DNA of 64,000 nt, taken from contig CBDFLJ010000002.1 of NCBI GenBank assembly GCA_965248835.1, forward strand, positions 192,001 to 256,000, written 5' to 3'. A program made the position numbers and the translations under genes. The stretch comes from Alphaproteobacteria bacterium. GTDB lineage: Bacteria > Pseudomonadota > Alphaproteobacteria > MPNO01. The notes beneath the pieces are model-generated. The model saw only the letters and a program-made list of their open reading frames with translations, was not told the origin of the DNA and did no database searches. Below are positions 1 to 13,057 of the stretch, in pieces. The stretch's first letter is position 1. Every line of letters starts with the position of its first letter.

Positions 1-1
1 G

Positions 2-1123
2 ATCGGCCCGCTTTCGGGCTGGGGCACGTTCGGCGGCACGGCGATCATGCGCGGCACCGCGCTTGCCGTCGACCACATCAACGCAGAGGGCGGCGTCCAC
101 GGCCGCATGCTGGAGCTGGTACGCCGAGATTCGGCGGCCAAGCCCGAGCAGGCGATCACCGTCGCCCGAGAGCTGACCGACCGCGAGAAGGTCTATGCCC
201 TGATCGGCAAGTTCGATTCGAGCTCGGCCAAGGCGCTGAACCCGGTGATCCATGAGGCCGGCATCCCGATGATGCTGTCGATTGCAGCGGCCACCAAGAA
301 CATCGAGTACAACCGCGATCCCAACTTCATGTTCCGCACCTCTGGAGCCGATCACTACATCGCCCGGTTCCTGGTCGACTTCGCGATCAAGGAGTACGGC
401 GCCAAGAAGGTCGCGATCGGCTTCGAGGATACCGGCTACGGCTTCGGCGGCCGCGACGACGTCACCAAGGCGCTCAAGTCCAAGGGGATGGCCCCGGTCG
501 CCAAGGTCAAGTTCTCCCGTCCCGACACCGACATGACCGCGCAGGCCCAGGTCATCAAGCGCTCGGGCGCGGACGTGGTGATTCTGTATTCGATCGCCAA
601 GGCTGACGCGATGATGGTCCGGAGTCTCAACAAGGTCGGCGCAAAGACGACGGTGATCTGTGCCTGGGCGGCAAGCTCGCCCGCTCTGCCGAAGTTCGCC
701 GGCCCCTTGGCCAACGGCATCACGGTCATGCAGACCTCGAGCTTCCTCGATCCCGACCTCGATGATCTCGGCAAGAAGGTGCTGGCCGACTTCATGAAGA
801 AGTACAAGATCGACGATCCGGCCAAGATCGTCACCCCGGCGTTCACCGCGCACGCCTATGACGGGATGCTGCTGCTCGCCGCGGCGATGAACAAGGCGAA
901 GCTCTCGCTCAAGCCCGGCGATCTCGCGTCCGACCGCAGGAAGATCCGCGATGCGCTCGAGAACGGCCTCGGTCCGGTCAAGGGCCTGATCAAGGACTAC
1001 AACCCGGCCTTCACCAAGGACGACCACGACTCGGTCGGCCCCGACGACTACATCATGACCGTGTGGAAGGACGGCAAGCTGATCCCCTACAAAGGCAAGC
1101 ACAACTGGGGCAAGAAGCATTGA
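2..1123 (+). CDS. Branched-chain amino acid-type ABC transporter substrate-binding protein (LivK/Peripla_BP_6 family), 5' end outside window
   Basis: Frame is open from the window edge (IGPLSGWGTFGG...); AVDHINAEGGVHGRMLELVRRDS, FRTSG, EDTGYG and AHAYDG motifs; followed by liv-type permease and ATPase genes. Confidence 0.9.
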   Translation: MGPLSGWGTFGGTAIMRGTALAVDHINAEGGVHGRMLELVRRDSAAKPEQAITVARELTDREKVYALIGKFDSSSAKALNPVIHEAGIPMMLSIAAATKNIEYNRDPNFMFRTSGADHYIARFLVDFAIKEYGAKKVAIGFEDTGYGFGGRDDVTKALKSKGMAPVAKVKFSRPDTDMTAQAQVIKRSGADVVILYSIAKADAMMVRSLNKVGAKTTVICAWAASSPALPKFAGPLANGITVMQTSSFLDPDLDDLGKKVLADFMKKYKIDDPAKIVTPAFTAHAYDGMLLLAAAMNKAKLSLKPGDLASDRRKIRDALENGLGPVKGLIKDYNPAFTKDDHDSVGPDDYIMTVWKDGKLIPYKGKHNWGKKH

Positions 1124-1146
1124 TCCGATCTCGACCTTGACGCGAT

Positions 1147-1177
1147 CCCGCCGCCAGGACCCGCGCCTGGCGGCGGG
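1147..1177 (+). terminator. Intercistronic GC-rich hairpin after the substrate-binding gene (mRNA stabiliser or partial terminator)
   Basis: CCCGCCGCCAGG-7 nt loop-CCTGGCGGCGGG perfect 12-bp stem; no clear U tract. Confidence 0.5.
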
Positions 1178-1193
1178 GCCTCGCTAAGAGCGC

Positions 1194-2063
1194 ATGTTCC
1201 AGGCCACGCTCAGCGGTCTCGCCGTCGGCAGCCTCTTCGCGCTGATCGCGGTGGGGTTCAACCTGACCTTCGTCGTCAACCGGACCGTGAACTTCGCCCA
1301 CGGCCAGTGGGTCGCCGTGGGCTCGCTGTTCGCCTTCACCCTGCTGGTCGAATGGCAGGTGCCGCTGCTGATCACAATCATCGCGACAGGCGTGCTTCTG
1401 GGCATCCTGGGCATCGGGCTGGAGCGCGTCGGAATCCGGCCGATGATCGGCCATTCGCTGTCCCTCGGCTTCATCATGAGCACGCTGGCCATCGGCATCA
1501 TGCTGGAAAACCTGGCGCTGTGGCATTGGGGCTCGACCGCGCTGTTCGTGCCCTCGCCATTGGGCGAGCAGCGCATCGACGTCTTCGGCGCCGGAATCTA
1601 TCCCCAGGAGATCCTGATACCGGCGGTCACCGCGCTCATCCTCGGCGGTCTCGTCCTGCTTTACCGCTTCACCCGGATGGGCCGCGCGCTCAGGGCGACG
1701 GCGGAGAACCCCGACGCCGCAGCCCTGATGGGCATCGACACCAAGCGCATGATCGGCTTCGCTTACGGCCTCGCCGGGCTGATGGCCGGTGTCGCCGGCG
1801 TGCTGGTGGCGCCGCTGACCGGGGCGGTGGCCGCCGCCGGGCTGGGGCTGGGACTCAAGGCGTTCGCCATTGCCATCGTCGGCGGGCTGGACAGCATCAC
1901 CGGCACCTTGATTGCAGGGCTGCTGCTGGGTGTGGTCGAGCAATACATCGTGCTCTACATCTCCCCGGGCCTGCGCGATGTCGGGGTCTTCGCCATTGTC
2001 ATCGCGATTCTCCTCATCCGCCCCTTCGGGCTGCTCGGCACGCGCGAAGATGAGAAGGTTTAG
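1194..2063 (+). CDS. Branched-chain amino acid ABC transporter permease (LivH-like)
   Basis: Hydrophobic; VNFAHG, GRALRATAENPDAAALMGI and KAFAIAIVGG motifs. Confidence 0.92.
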   Translation: MFQATLSGLAVGSLFALIAVGFNLTFVVNRTVNFAHGQWVAVGSLFAFTLLVEWQVPLLITIIATGVLLGILGIGLERVGIRPMIGHSLSLGFIMSTLAIGIMLENLALWHWGSTALFVPSPLGEQRIDVFGAGIYPQEILIPAVTALILGGLVLLYRFTRMGRALRATAENPDAAALMGIDTKRMIGFAYGLAGLMAGVAGVLVAPLTGAVAAAGLGLGLKAFAIAIVGGLDSITGTLIAGLLLGVVEQYIVLYISPGLRDVGVFAIVIAILLIRPFGLLGTREDEKV

Positions 2064-3817
2064 CCCGGTTCCCACGGCCGCCTGGACCGTCGGGATCGCG
2101 GCGCTGGCCGTCTTCCCCTGGCTGTCCAACAATTATTTCATCCACATCGCGGCCCTTATCGGGGTCTTCATGATCGTCGCCGTCGGCATGAACATCCTGG
2201 TCGGGATGACCGGGCTGGTCAGCCTGGGCCACGCCGGGCTGTTCGCTATCGGTGCCTATACCAGTGCAATGCTGAGCACCCGGGCCGAGCTCTCGTTCTG
2301 GCTGTCGGCCCTGGCCGCCATCGTGCTGACCGGCGTCGTCGGCGCGGTCCTGGCGCTGGCCGCGCTCCGGGCGCGCGGCATCTATCTCGCCATGGTCACC
2401 ATCGCCTTCGGCATCATCGTCGAGCAGTTGGCGCTCGACCAGGACGAGTTCACCGGCGGCTTCATGGGCATATCGAGCATTCCATATCCCTCGATCGGCG
2501 ACTTCACGCTGTCCTCGCCCTATCGGCTCTATCTGATCGCCTGCCTTGCGGGAGTGAGCCTGTGGCTGGCCGGCAATTTGCGGCGCTCACGCTGGGGCCG
2601 CGCGCTGGTTGCGGTGCGCGAGAGCTGGGTGGCTGCCGAATCCCTCGGCGTGTCGCGCTATCGGATGGAGACCATGGCGTTTGCCCTGAGCGCAGCGCTC
2701 ACCGGGCTGGGGGGTGCCTTGTTCGCCAGCCACAACGCGTTCATCGCACCGGGGATCTTCGGCTTCGATCTGTCCATCCTGATGCTGCTGTTCGTCATCC
2801 TGGGCGGGCTCGGCACGGTCTGGGGGCCGGCTGTCGGCACGGTCGTGCTGCTGGTTCTGCCCGAGCTCATCGCCGGCTTTACGCAGATCCGGCTGGTCAT
2901 CTACGGCGCGGTGATGCTGGCCTGCCTCTACTTCATGCCCCAGGGCATCGCCGGCTTCTTCGAGGCCCGGATCGAGGAGCGCAAGCGGCGGCAACGGCGC
3001 CTGCCCGACGCCGATGTCGAGGCGTTGCAGGCATCGATCGCGGCCCGCCAGCCGACGGGCGGAGCCGAGCCCCTGGTCGAGATCGCCGGCATCAGCAAGG
3101 TGTTCGGCGGGCTTGTCGCCCTCGACTCCCTGAACATGGAGATCAGGCCCGGCACCATCCACAGCCTCATCGGACCCAACGGCGCGGGCAAGACCACGCT
3201 GGTCAACGTGCTGTCGGGCTTCTATCGGCCCGATGGCGGGCAGATCCGTTTCGCCGGCAGGCGGGTGAGCGGATGGTCGGCGCACCGCATGGCCGCGCGC
3301 GGGGTCGCGCGCACCTTCCAGGCGACCCGGCTGTTCCCCCAGCTCAGCGTGGTGGAGAACGTCATGGTCGGGCTGCACGCGCACCTCGACCACGGGCTGG
3401 CCCCGGCACTGGTCTCTACACCGGCGATGCGCGCGGAGGAGCGGCGGGCCGAGGCCCGAGCCCTGGCCGCGCTCGCGTTCGTCGGCTTCCCCGGTGATCC
3501 GCTCGAGACCGCGGCCAATCTTGCATTCGGCCACAAGCGCCTGGTCGAGATCGCCCGCGCGCTGGCGACGCACCCGGTGCTTCTTCTGCTCGATGAGCCG
3601 GCGGCGGGGCTGACCTCGGTCGAGATCGCCGCGCTCGATGGGCTGATCACCCGGATCCGCGACATGGGCGTGACGGTGCTGTTGATCGAGCACCACATGG
3701 ATCTGGTGATGGAGATATCCCAACGCGTCAGCGTGCTCGACTACGGCAGGATGATCGCCGAGGGCCGGCCGGAGGAAGTTCGTGTGAACCCGCAGGTGGT
3801 GGAGGCGTATCTGGGCC

Positions 3818-3828
<11 letters not shown>
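2050..3828 (+). CDS. Fused ABC permease/ATP-binding protein (LivM-LivG fusion)
   Basis: N-terminal permease (GLVSLGHAGLFAIGAY, YLAMVTIAFG) joined in frame to an ABC domain (GPNGAGKTT, LLLDEPAAG, IEHHM); ATG at 2050 overlaps the end of livH. Confidence 0.9.
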
Positions 3829-4546
<718 letters not shown>

Positions 4547-4549
4547 GCG

Positions 4550-5761
4550 CTATGCCGGAGCGGGCAGCAGATCCCTGGCCAGGGCGAGGAGCTGCAGGTC
4601 CGCGCCATGCGGGCCGATGAGCGAGAGTCCGAGCGGCAGCCCGTCGAGTGCAGCCATCGGCAGGCTGATCTGCGGCAGCCCGCCGAGCCCGGCGATGCAC
4701 AGCAAATGCATGGCTTGGTGACGGTAGCGGATCTCGATCTCGTCGATCGGCAGGTTCTTCAGGGGCGCTACCCGCGGCGAGGTCGGCAGACACAGAACGT
4801 CGCCTTCGCCTACCACCTCGGCAATGCGTGCGCAGATCGACTCCCAGCGCACCCGCGCCGCCTCGACCTCGGCGGCGGGAAGGGCCTGCGCCCAGTCGAA
4901 GCGCTCCTTGATGCCGGGCCCCAGTGCAGGTTTCGCCTCGGTGATCCAACTGCCGCGGTTGGCCCAGATCGAGGCGGCCTGAAGAATCCGGAAACAGTCG
5001 AACCAAGCCTCCAGACCGTCCGGGGCGACGGTGACCTCCTCCACTTCCCCGATCCGGGCCGCCACCATTGCGAGAGCCGGGCCGAGCGCATCACTCACCG
5101 GCGCGTCCACCAGATCGAAGGCATCGACGGCGCGCAACAACCGCCGCAGCGGACGCGGCGCCGAGGCATCGTCCAGCAGCACGCGCCCGACCGCCTCCAG
5201 GACCTCGGAATCGCGGGCGAACCAGCCGGCGACATCGAACGGCGGGCCGAACGGGATCACCCCGTCCAGCGGCACCCGGTCCCGGCTCGGGCGGATGCCG
5301 AATATGCCGCAATAGCTCGCCGGCAGGCGCACCGAGCCGCCGCAGTCGGTGCCGAGCGCGAAATCGACCAGCCCGGCGGCAACCGCCGCCGCCGAGCCGT
5401 TCGACGAGCCGCCGGGGATGCGCCCGGGCGCCCGGACGTTAACCGGCGTGCCGTAATGAACGTTCTCGCCGGTCAGGCTGTAGGCGAGCTCGTCGGTGTG
5501 GGTCTTGCCGACCATGTCCGCGCCGGCGTCCAGCAGGCGCTGGACGGCCAGGGCGGTGACCGTCGGCGGCTCGTGGCCCGCCAGCCATTCCGGGCTGCCG
5601 AAGCCGGTCCGGGTCCCGGCGATATGGAAGACGTCCTTGACCCCAAATCGCAATCCGGCGAGCGGGCCTTCGCCGGTGCCGCGGAGCGCGACGTGGTTCT
5701 CCCGGCAGAAAGCGCCGACGGTATCTTCGAAGGGGATCTCCATCATCCGGCCGGCGGTCAC
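4550..5761 (-). CDS. Amidase (amidase-signature family)
   Basis: C-terminal part of the 823-aa ORF: GLRFGVKD, GKTHTDELA, PGGSSNGSAAAVAAG, LGTDCGGSVRLPAS; start is GTG 5761 (GTGA overlap with the upstream stop) or ATG 5746/5743. Confidence 0.88.
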   Translation of the reverse strand: MTAGRMMEIPFEDTVGAFCRENHVALRGTGEGPLAGLRFGVKDVFHIAGTRTGFGSPEWLAGHEPPTVTALAVQRLLDAGADMVGKTHTDELAYSLTGENVHYGTPVNVRAPGRIPGGSSNGSAAAVAAGLVDFALGTDCGGSVRLPASYCGIFGIRPSRDRVPLDGVIPFGPPFDVAGWFARDSEVLEAVGRVLLDDASAPRPLRRLLRAVDAFDLVDAPVSDALGPALAMVAARIGEVEEVTVAPDGLEAWFDCFRILQAASIWANRGSWITEAKPALGPGIKERFDWAQALPAAEVEAARVRWESICARIAEVVGEGDVLCLPTSPRVAPLKNLPIDEIEIRYRHQAMHLLCIAGLGGLPQISLPMAALDGLPLGLSLIGPHGADLQLLALARDLLPAPA

Positions 5762-6987
5762 TGCGGCCACAACAGCGCGGCCGGTTCGCGCCGGAAGGTC
5801 ATGTGGCCGCGCTTGAAGCCCATCAGCGGCTGCGACAGCTCGGCGACCGCCGATTGCCGGTCGATGTTGTCGATGACAACGAGATCGGCCGATTTGCCGA
5901 CCTCGATGCCGTAATCCTCGAGGTTGAGCAGGTCGGCGGAGCGCCGGGTCACCATCTCGAAGCATTCGATGGTGTCGTCGATCTGCCCGACCTGGCAGAT
6001 ATTGGCGTAGAGATTGGCCATGCGGATCAGCGAGCAGTCGCCGAACGGCGTGAACGGGTTGAGCACGTTGTTGGATGACAGATTGCAGTTGACCCCGTGC
6101 CGCAACATCTTGTGCACCGGCACGACGCCGCGCAGCACGTCGTGGTCCTGGTGGCGGCCCATGAGGTAGAGGTCGGTGGACGGCAGGACCGTCACCGCCA
6201 CGCCGGCATCGGCCAGCCGCCTGGTGATACGCTCGAACGCCGGCGGCTCCAAGGTCGACATCTGGGTGACGTGGCCGATCGCGACCCGCCCGCCATAGCC
6301 GTGCTCCTCGGTCCTTTTGCAGACATGCTCGACGGTCATGCCCTCCGGCGTGTTGCCGAAATCCAGGTGCATGTCGAGATCGACATCGAACGTGCGTGCC
6401 ATTTCGAACAGCCGGTCGATCTGACCGGGCGGGTCGGAGTCGGTGTAGGGTGCGCCGCCGACGACGGTGCAGCCTCTTTGCAGCCCTTCGATCATGAGCT
6501 CGTCCGTACCCGGGTTGTTGAGCAGCCCTTCCTGGGGGAAGACGCAGATCTCCAGGTCGATCGCCCACTTGTATTCCTCGATCAGCGGCAGGATGCCCTC
6601 GAGGCTGCGCAGACCCACGACCGGGTCGACCTCGAGGTGGGTGCGCATGTGGGTGGTGCCCTGGAGAATGGATTTCTCCAGGGTCCTGATGGCGCGCTCG
6701 CGCACGTCCTGGGGCTGGAATTCCCTTTTGGCTCTGGCGACCTCGCCGATGGCCTCCTCCAGCGTCCCCTCGTCGGACTTGCAGCGATCGAGCAGGCAGG
6801 ACTTGTCGAGATGGATGTGGGTCTCGATGAATCCGGGCGAGACCAGCCGGCCGCCCGCATCGATCTCGTGGCCGTCCGCAGCGAGGCCGGGCTCGATGGC
6901 GGCGATGCGGCCCTTGTCGATGCCGATGTCCACCGCAGAGCCGTCGTCCCGGTCCGCGAGCCGCGCGTTTCTCAGGATGAGATCCAT
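5758..6987 (-). CDS. Cytosine deaminase-like metal-dependent amidohydrolase
   Basis: HIHLDK metal motif, RTHLEVD, FPQEG, DMHLD, IGH, NVLNPFTPFGD. Confidence 0.88.
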   Translation of the reverse strand: MDLILRNARLADRDDGSAVDIGIDKGRIAAIEPGLAADGHEIDAGGRLVSPGFIETHIHLDKSCLLDRCKSDEGTLEEAIGEVARAKREFQPQDVRERAIRTLEKSILQGTTHMRTHLEVDPVVGLRSLEGILPLIEEYKWAIDLEICVFPQEGLLNNPGTDELMIEGLQRGCTVVGGAPYTDSDPPGQIDRLFEMARTFDVDLDMHLDFGNTPEGMTVEHVCKRTEEHGYGGRVAIGHVTQMSTLEPPAFERITRRLADAGVAVTVLPSTDLYLMGRHQDHDVLRGVVPVHKMLRHGVNCNLSSNNVLNPFTPFGDCSLIRMANLYANICQVGQIDDTIECFEMVTRRSADLLNLEDYGIEVGKSADLVVIDNIDRQSAVAELSQPLMGFKRGHMTFRREPAALLWPQ

Positions 6988-7098
6988 CTCGTCCTCCCAT
7001 CTTCCGGCCGCCCATGATCACCGGACGCCCGGGCGCATTCCTGGTGCGATCCTATCAGTCCGTCGGACTTGGGGGTGAGTTTTGACCGGGACCGCCGG

Positions 7099-7233
7099 AT
7101 GGGCAACGCCGTCGATTATGATCTGGAGCAGGCGTCTCTCCCTCATGCCGATCTCCGGGATCGGATCTCGGAGGAAGATTCGGCGCACTTCGTACGCGAT
7201 GCGCGCGAAACTCTGACCGGAGCCCGCCTTTAG
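7099..7233 (+). pseudogene. Probable degraded N-terminal fragment of an IS1182-family transposase
   Basis: Translates as MGNAVDYDLEQASLPHADLRDRISEEDSAHFVRDARETL, resembling the IS1182 start consensus (YDxDQxxLLPxDLRDWLPEDxLAHFV). Confidence 0.4.
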
Positions 7234-7691
7234 CGCCGGTCGGCGAAGAAGGTCTTGAGCAGGGCAGAGGATTTGTGCTCGGCGATGCCGCCATAGACCT
7301 CCGGGCGGTGGTGGCAAGTCGGCTGGGCGAAGATGCAGGGGCCGTTCTCCACCGCGCCGCCCTTCGCATCGTGCGCCCCGAAATAGAGCCTGCGGATGCG
7401 CGCCAACGAGATCGCCTGGGCACACATCGCGCAGGGCTCGAGCGTGACGTAGAGGTCGCAGCCGGTAAGCCGGGGGCGGCCGAGCGCGGCGGCTGCGGCA
7501 CGGATGGCGAGCATCTCCGCATGCGCCGTCGGATCGCTGTCAGCCACGGTCCGGTTCGCCGCCTCGGCGAGCACCGCGCCGGTCTCCGGGCACAGGATGA
7601 CCGCGCCGACCGGCACCTCGCCCGCCTCGCCGGCGGCCTGGGCGAGTGCCAGCGCCCGTTGCATCAGGGCGGTGCGCGAGGGCCTGTTCAT
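7230..7691 (-). CDS. tadA: tRNA-specific adenosine deaminase
   Basis: GEVPVGAV, PTAHAEM, TLEPCAMCAQA and DAKGG motifs; start uncertain. Confidence 0.88.
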   Translation of the reverse strand: MNRPSRTALMQRALALAQAAGEAGEVPVGAVILCPETGAVLAEAANRTVADSDPTAHAEMLAIRAAAAALGRPRLTGCDLYVTLEPCAMCAQAISLARIRRLYFGAHDAKGGAVENGPCIFAQPTCHHRPEVYGGIAEHKSSALLKTFFADRR

Positions 7692-7804
7692 CGCACCGAC
7701 CCTGGGCGTGGCACGCCGCGCGGTCAAGGCCGGACCGGCCCGATCGGATGGCAGCATGCTCACGCCGATTGTGATCTTGATCCGGACTGCATAGAGTGCG
7801 CGCC

Positions 7805-8518
7805 ATGAGCGCGCCCCTGATCGGCCTGACGCTGGATTCCGAGCCCGCCGGCGGCTATGCCAAGCTGCCCTGGTATGCGATCCGCGAGAACTATTGCGAT
7901 TGCGTCACCCACGCCGGAGGCCTGCCGGTTCTGCTGCCGCACGAGCCCGACCGGGCGGCGGACTATATTGACCGGCTCGACGGGCTGATCGTCACCGGCG
8001 GCGCCTTCGATGTCGACCCGGCGCTGTTCGGCGCCTCGGGCCGCCACGCCACGGTCACGACCAAGGACCGGCGGACCGCCTTCGAGAAGGCGGTCACCGG
8101 GCTTGCCATCGAGCGCGACATGCCGGTGCTCGGGATCTGCGGCGGCCAGCAGCTCCTGAATGTCGTCCTCGGCGGAACGCTGATCCAGCACATCCCCGAT
8201 GAGGTCGAAGGCGCGCTCGCCCACGAGCAGCCGAACCCGCGCACCGAGCCCGGCCACGCCGTCGCCGTCACGCCGGGGACCCTGCTGCACCGGATCGTCG
8301 GTGCCGACGCGTTGGCGGTGAACAGCGCCCACCATCAGGCGGCGGCCGAGGTGGGCGAAGGCGTCGCGGTCAACGCGGTCGCGCCCGATGGGGTGATCGA
8401 AGGGATCGAGGCTGCCGGCCGCCGGTTCTGCCTCGGCGTGCAATGGCATCCCGAATACGGGATCGACCCGGGGGACGCAAAGATCTTCGCGGCACTGATC
8501 GGTGCCTGTGCGGGTTGA
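7805..8518 (+). CDS. Gamma-glutamyl-gamma-aminobutyrate hydrolase family (peptidase C26, class I glutamine amidotransferase)
   Basis: LGICGGQQLLNV nucleophile elbow, VNSAHHQA, GVQWHPE. Confidence 0.9.
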   Translation: MSAPLIGLTLDSEPAGGYAKLPWYAIRENYCDCVTHAGGLPVLLPHEPDRAADYIDRLDGLIVTGGAFDVDPALFGASGRHATVTTKDRRTAFEKAVTGLAIERDMPVLGICGGQQLLNVVLGGTLIQHIPDEVEGALAHEQPNPRTEPGHAVAVTPGTLLHRIVGADALAVNSAHHQAAAEVGEGVAVNAVAPDGVIEGIEAAGRRFCLGVQWHPEYGIDPGDAKIFAALIGACAG

Positions 8519-9242
8519 GGCCGGGGGCGAGCGGATCGCCAAGCGGCTGGCCCGTGCCGGGGTCTGCTCGCGCCGCGAGGCCGAGCGCTGGATCGCCGCC
8601 GGCCGGGTTGCGGTCGACGGGACGGTGCTCGACAGCCCCGCGGTGCTGGTCGACGGCGCAAGCCGGATCACGGTCGACGGCCGACCGGTCGGTGCTCCGG
8701 AGCGCCGGCGGGTGTGGCGCTATCACAAGCCGCGTGGACTGATCTGCACCAACGACGACCCGCGCGGTCGCCCGACGATCTTTTCAGACCTGCCCGACGC
8801 GCTTCCCCGTGTGGTCTCGGTCGGCCGGCTCGACGTCAATTCGGAAGGGTTGCTGCTGCTGACCAATGACGGCGGGCTCGCGGGCAACCTCGAGCGCGGC
8901 GATTGGGCGCGGCGCTACCGCGTGCGCGCCTACGGTGCGCCCGATGAGGCAAGGCTTGCCGGGCTCGCCAAGGGCGCCGAAGTCGACGGGATTCGCTACG
9001 GTCCGATCGAGGCGCGGCTCGACCGGGCCGAGGGCAGCAACGTATGGCTGACCATCTCGTTGCGCGAGGGAAGGAACCGCGAGGTTCGCCGCGTGCTCGA
9101 GACCCTGGAGCTCGCGGTCAACCGGCTGATCCGGATATCCTACGGCCCCTTCCAGCTCGGCAACCTTGCCCGCGGCAAGGTCGCGGAGATCCCGAACAAG
9201 GCGCTCGGCGAGCAGCTCGGCGATGCGGATCACCGGCGGTAG
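8502..9242 (+). CDS. rRNA pseudouridine synthase (RluB/RsuA family with S4 domain)
   Basis: ERIAKRLARAGVCSRREAE S4 domain, VGRLDVNSEGLLLLTNDG, EGRNREVRR. Confidence 0.9.
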   Translation: MPVRVEAGGERIAKRLARAGVCSRREAERWIAAGRVAVDGTVLDSPAVLVDGASRITVDGRPVGAPERRRVWRYHKPRGLICTNDDPRGRPTIFSDLPDALPRVVSVGRLDVNSEGLLLLTNDGGLAGNLERGDWARRYRVRAYGAPDEARLAGLAKGAEVDGIRYGPIEARLDRAEGSNVWLTISLREGRNREVRRVLETLELAVNRLIRISYGPFQLGNLARGKVAEIPNKALGEQLGDADHRR

Positions 9243-9771
9243 CCTGCGCGGCCGGACGATCGCCGCACCCCCCGGCCGCGTCATCCGGCCGAGCGCGGAC
9301 CGCCTGCGCGAGGCGCTGTTCAATGTCCTGACCCACGCGCGGACCGAGGCGATCCCGCCGCTTGCCGGCGCGCGCGTGCTCGATGTTTTCGCCGGCACCG
9401 GCGCACTCGGCCTCGAAGCGCTGTCCCGAGGCGCCGCGCATGTCGTCTTCATCGACCGCGATCTCGCCTGGGCCCGCCGCAATGTCGAGGCGCTGAGCCA
9501 GAGCGCGCACTGCCGTCTGATTGCCGCCGATGCGCTGGCCCCGCCGGTGGCCGATGCGCCGGTCGACATTGCCCTCCTCGATCCGCCCTACGGTAGCGAT
9601 CTCGCCGCGCCCGTGCTCGCCGCGCTCGCCGAGGCCGGCTGGTTCGGCCCGGCGAGCCTGGTGGTGGCCGAGACCGGCGCGAAGGAGCACACGAGCTGGC
9701 CGGCAACGTTCGCGCCGTTCCGGACCCGCCGCTACGGCGCGGCCCGGATCACGTTCCTGACACCCGGCTGA
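9223..9771 (+). CDS. rsmD: 16S rRNA m2G966 methyltransferase
   Basis: MRITGG start, RPSADRLREALFN, LDVFAGTGALGLEALSRGA, DPPY. Confidence 0.9.
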   Translation: MRITGGSLRGRTIAAPPGRVIRPSADRLREALFNVLTHARTEAIPPLAGARVLDVFAGTGALGLEALSRGAAHVVFIDRDLAWARRNVEALSQSAHCRLIAADALAPPVADAPVDIALLDPPYGSDLAAPVLAALAEAGWFGPASLVVAETGAKEHTSWPATFAPFRTRRYGAARITFLTPG

Positions 9772-9777
9772 GCGGCC

Positions 9778-11547
<1,770 letters not shown>

Positions 11548-11716
11548 GCGCGGTCCCTGGAGCGCGCTATCGGGCAACGATGTCTCGCTCAAGGCCATGC
11601 CCCTGTCTGTCGGCGGCTCACGGGGCGGCAATGGCCCCGGAGAACCGTTGGAGATCACCACTGCGGATCGAGGGTAGTCGCATCCGCGGATCGCGGATAC
11701 CCGAATTCGGGAATCT

Positions 11717-13042
11717 TCAGGGCGTGCTTTCCAGGCCCGGCGGGTTGCCGACCACCACCACGGTGAGCTTGTCCGGGGCGAGAAGCCGCGCGGCAACGCG
11801 CTTGATGTCCTCGCCGGTGACCGCATCGATCAGGGACGCCCGCCGGTCGATATAGTCGATGCCGAGCTTGTTGATCTGGATGGCGACCAGCATGCCGGCG
11901 ATGTTGCGCGTGGAATCCAGCCGCAACGGGAAGGACCCGTTGATGTAGGTCTTTGCCGCCGCCAATTCGTCGGCGCCGACCCCGTCGCGGGCAATGCGCT
12001 GCCATTCCGACCTGACCAGGTCGAGCGAGGTCGCCACGCGCGCATTCACGGTGCCCAGCCCGCCCATGATCAGCCCCGCCCGGGCCATCGGGTTGAGGTA
12101 GCTGTAGACCGAATAGGCCAGGCCGCGCTTTTCGCGGATCTCTTCGTTCAGGCGCGAGGATTGCCCGCCGCCCAGGATGTGGTTCATCACGTAAGCCGTG
12201 TAGTAGTCCGGATCATCACGCCTGAGCCCGGCTTGGCCGAAGACGACGACGCTTTGCGGGATCGGCTTGCGGATGACCACCAGCTTGCCGCCCGCCGGCA
12301 CGGCCTCGGGCAGCCCGGACGGGCCGCCGCGCTGGGGCAGCGAGCCGAACACCTGGTCGAGTCGGCGGCCGAGCTCCTCGGGCGCGATGTCGCCCGCAAC
12401 CCCGATGATCAGGCCGTCGCGCACGAAACGCTGGCGCACGAAACGGGCGAGGTCGGCGCGGGCGATCGCGCGCACGCTCTCCGGCGTCCCGGCGATGGGC
12501 CTGGCATAGGGGTGGTCGCCGAAGACCAGGCCGTACCAGGTCCGCCCGGCGATGCGCCGCGGGTTGTCCTTCTGGCTATCGAGAGAGGCGATGAGCTGGC
12601 CGCGTATCCGCTCGACCGGCGCCGGATCGAAGCGCGGCGCGCCGAGCGCCAAGCGCAGCAGGTCGAAGGCACGCTGCCTGTGCGCGCTCAGGGTCCGCAG
12701 CGAGCCGCCGAACCGGTCGCGCTCGGCATCGAAATCGAGCGAGGCGGTGGTGTCCTCCAAGGCCTCCTGGAATGCCTTGGAGTCAAGCGCGCCCGCCCCC
12801 TCGTCGAGCAGGCTGGAGACCATATCGGCCAGCCCCTCTCTGCCTTCGGGGTCGAGCGCGGCGCCGCCCTTGAAGGTGAACGAGACGCTGATCACCGGGA
12901 CCGAGCCGTCGCGGACCAGCCACGCCTCGATCCCGCCCGGGCTGCGGACCCGCTGGATGTCGGTCGCGGCCGCCGGACCAACGGCCAGGGCGGCCCAGGC
13001 CGCCAGGATCAGGACGAAACGCCGGGCAAGCGGCTTGGTCAT
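11717..13042 (-). CDS. M16 family peptidase, non-catalytic subunit
   Basis: Signal peptide; [25 protein letters not shown]; no HxxEH. Confidence 0.88.
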   Translation of the reverse strand: MTKPLARRFVLILAAWAALAVGPAAATDIQRVRSPGGIEAWLVRDGSVPVISVSFTFKGGAALDPEGREGLADMVSSLLDEGAGALDSKAFQEALEDTTASLDFDAERDRFGGSLRTLSAHRQRAFDLLRLALGAPRFDPAPVERIRGQLIASLDSQKDNPRRIAGRTWYGLVFGDHPYARPIAGTPESVRAIARADLARFVRQRFVRDGLIIGVAGDIAPEELGRRLDQVFGSLPQRGGPSGLPEAVPAGGKLVVIRKPIPQSVVVFGQAGLRRDDPDYYTAYVMNHILGGGQSSRLNEEIREKRGLAYSVYSYLNPMARAGLIMGGLGTVNARVATSLDLVRSEWQRIARDGVGADELAAAKTYINGSFPLRLDSTRNIAGMLVAIQINKLGIDYIDRRASLIDAVTGEDIKRVAARLLAPDKLTVVVVGNPPGLESTP

Positions 13043-13057
13043 GGCGATGCAGGCCCG

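Noticed and set aside
4550-7021. 823-aa ORF suggesting a large amidase fusion
   Set aside because: The N-terminal half is an off-frame shadow of the deaminase gene (5758-6987); only the part from ~5761 has amidase motifs
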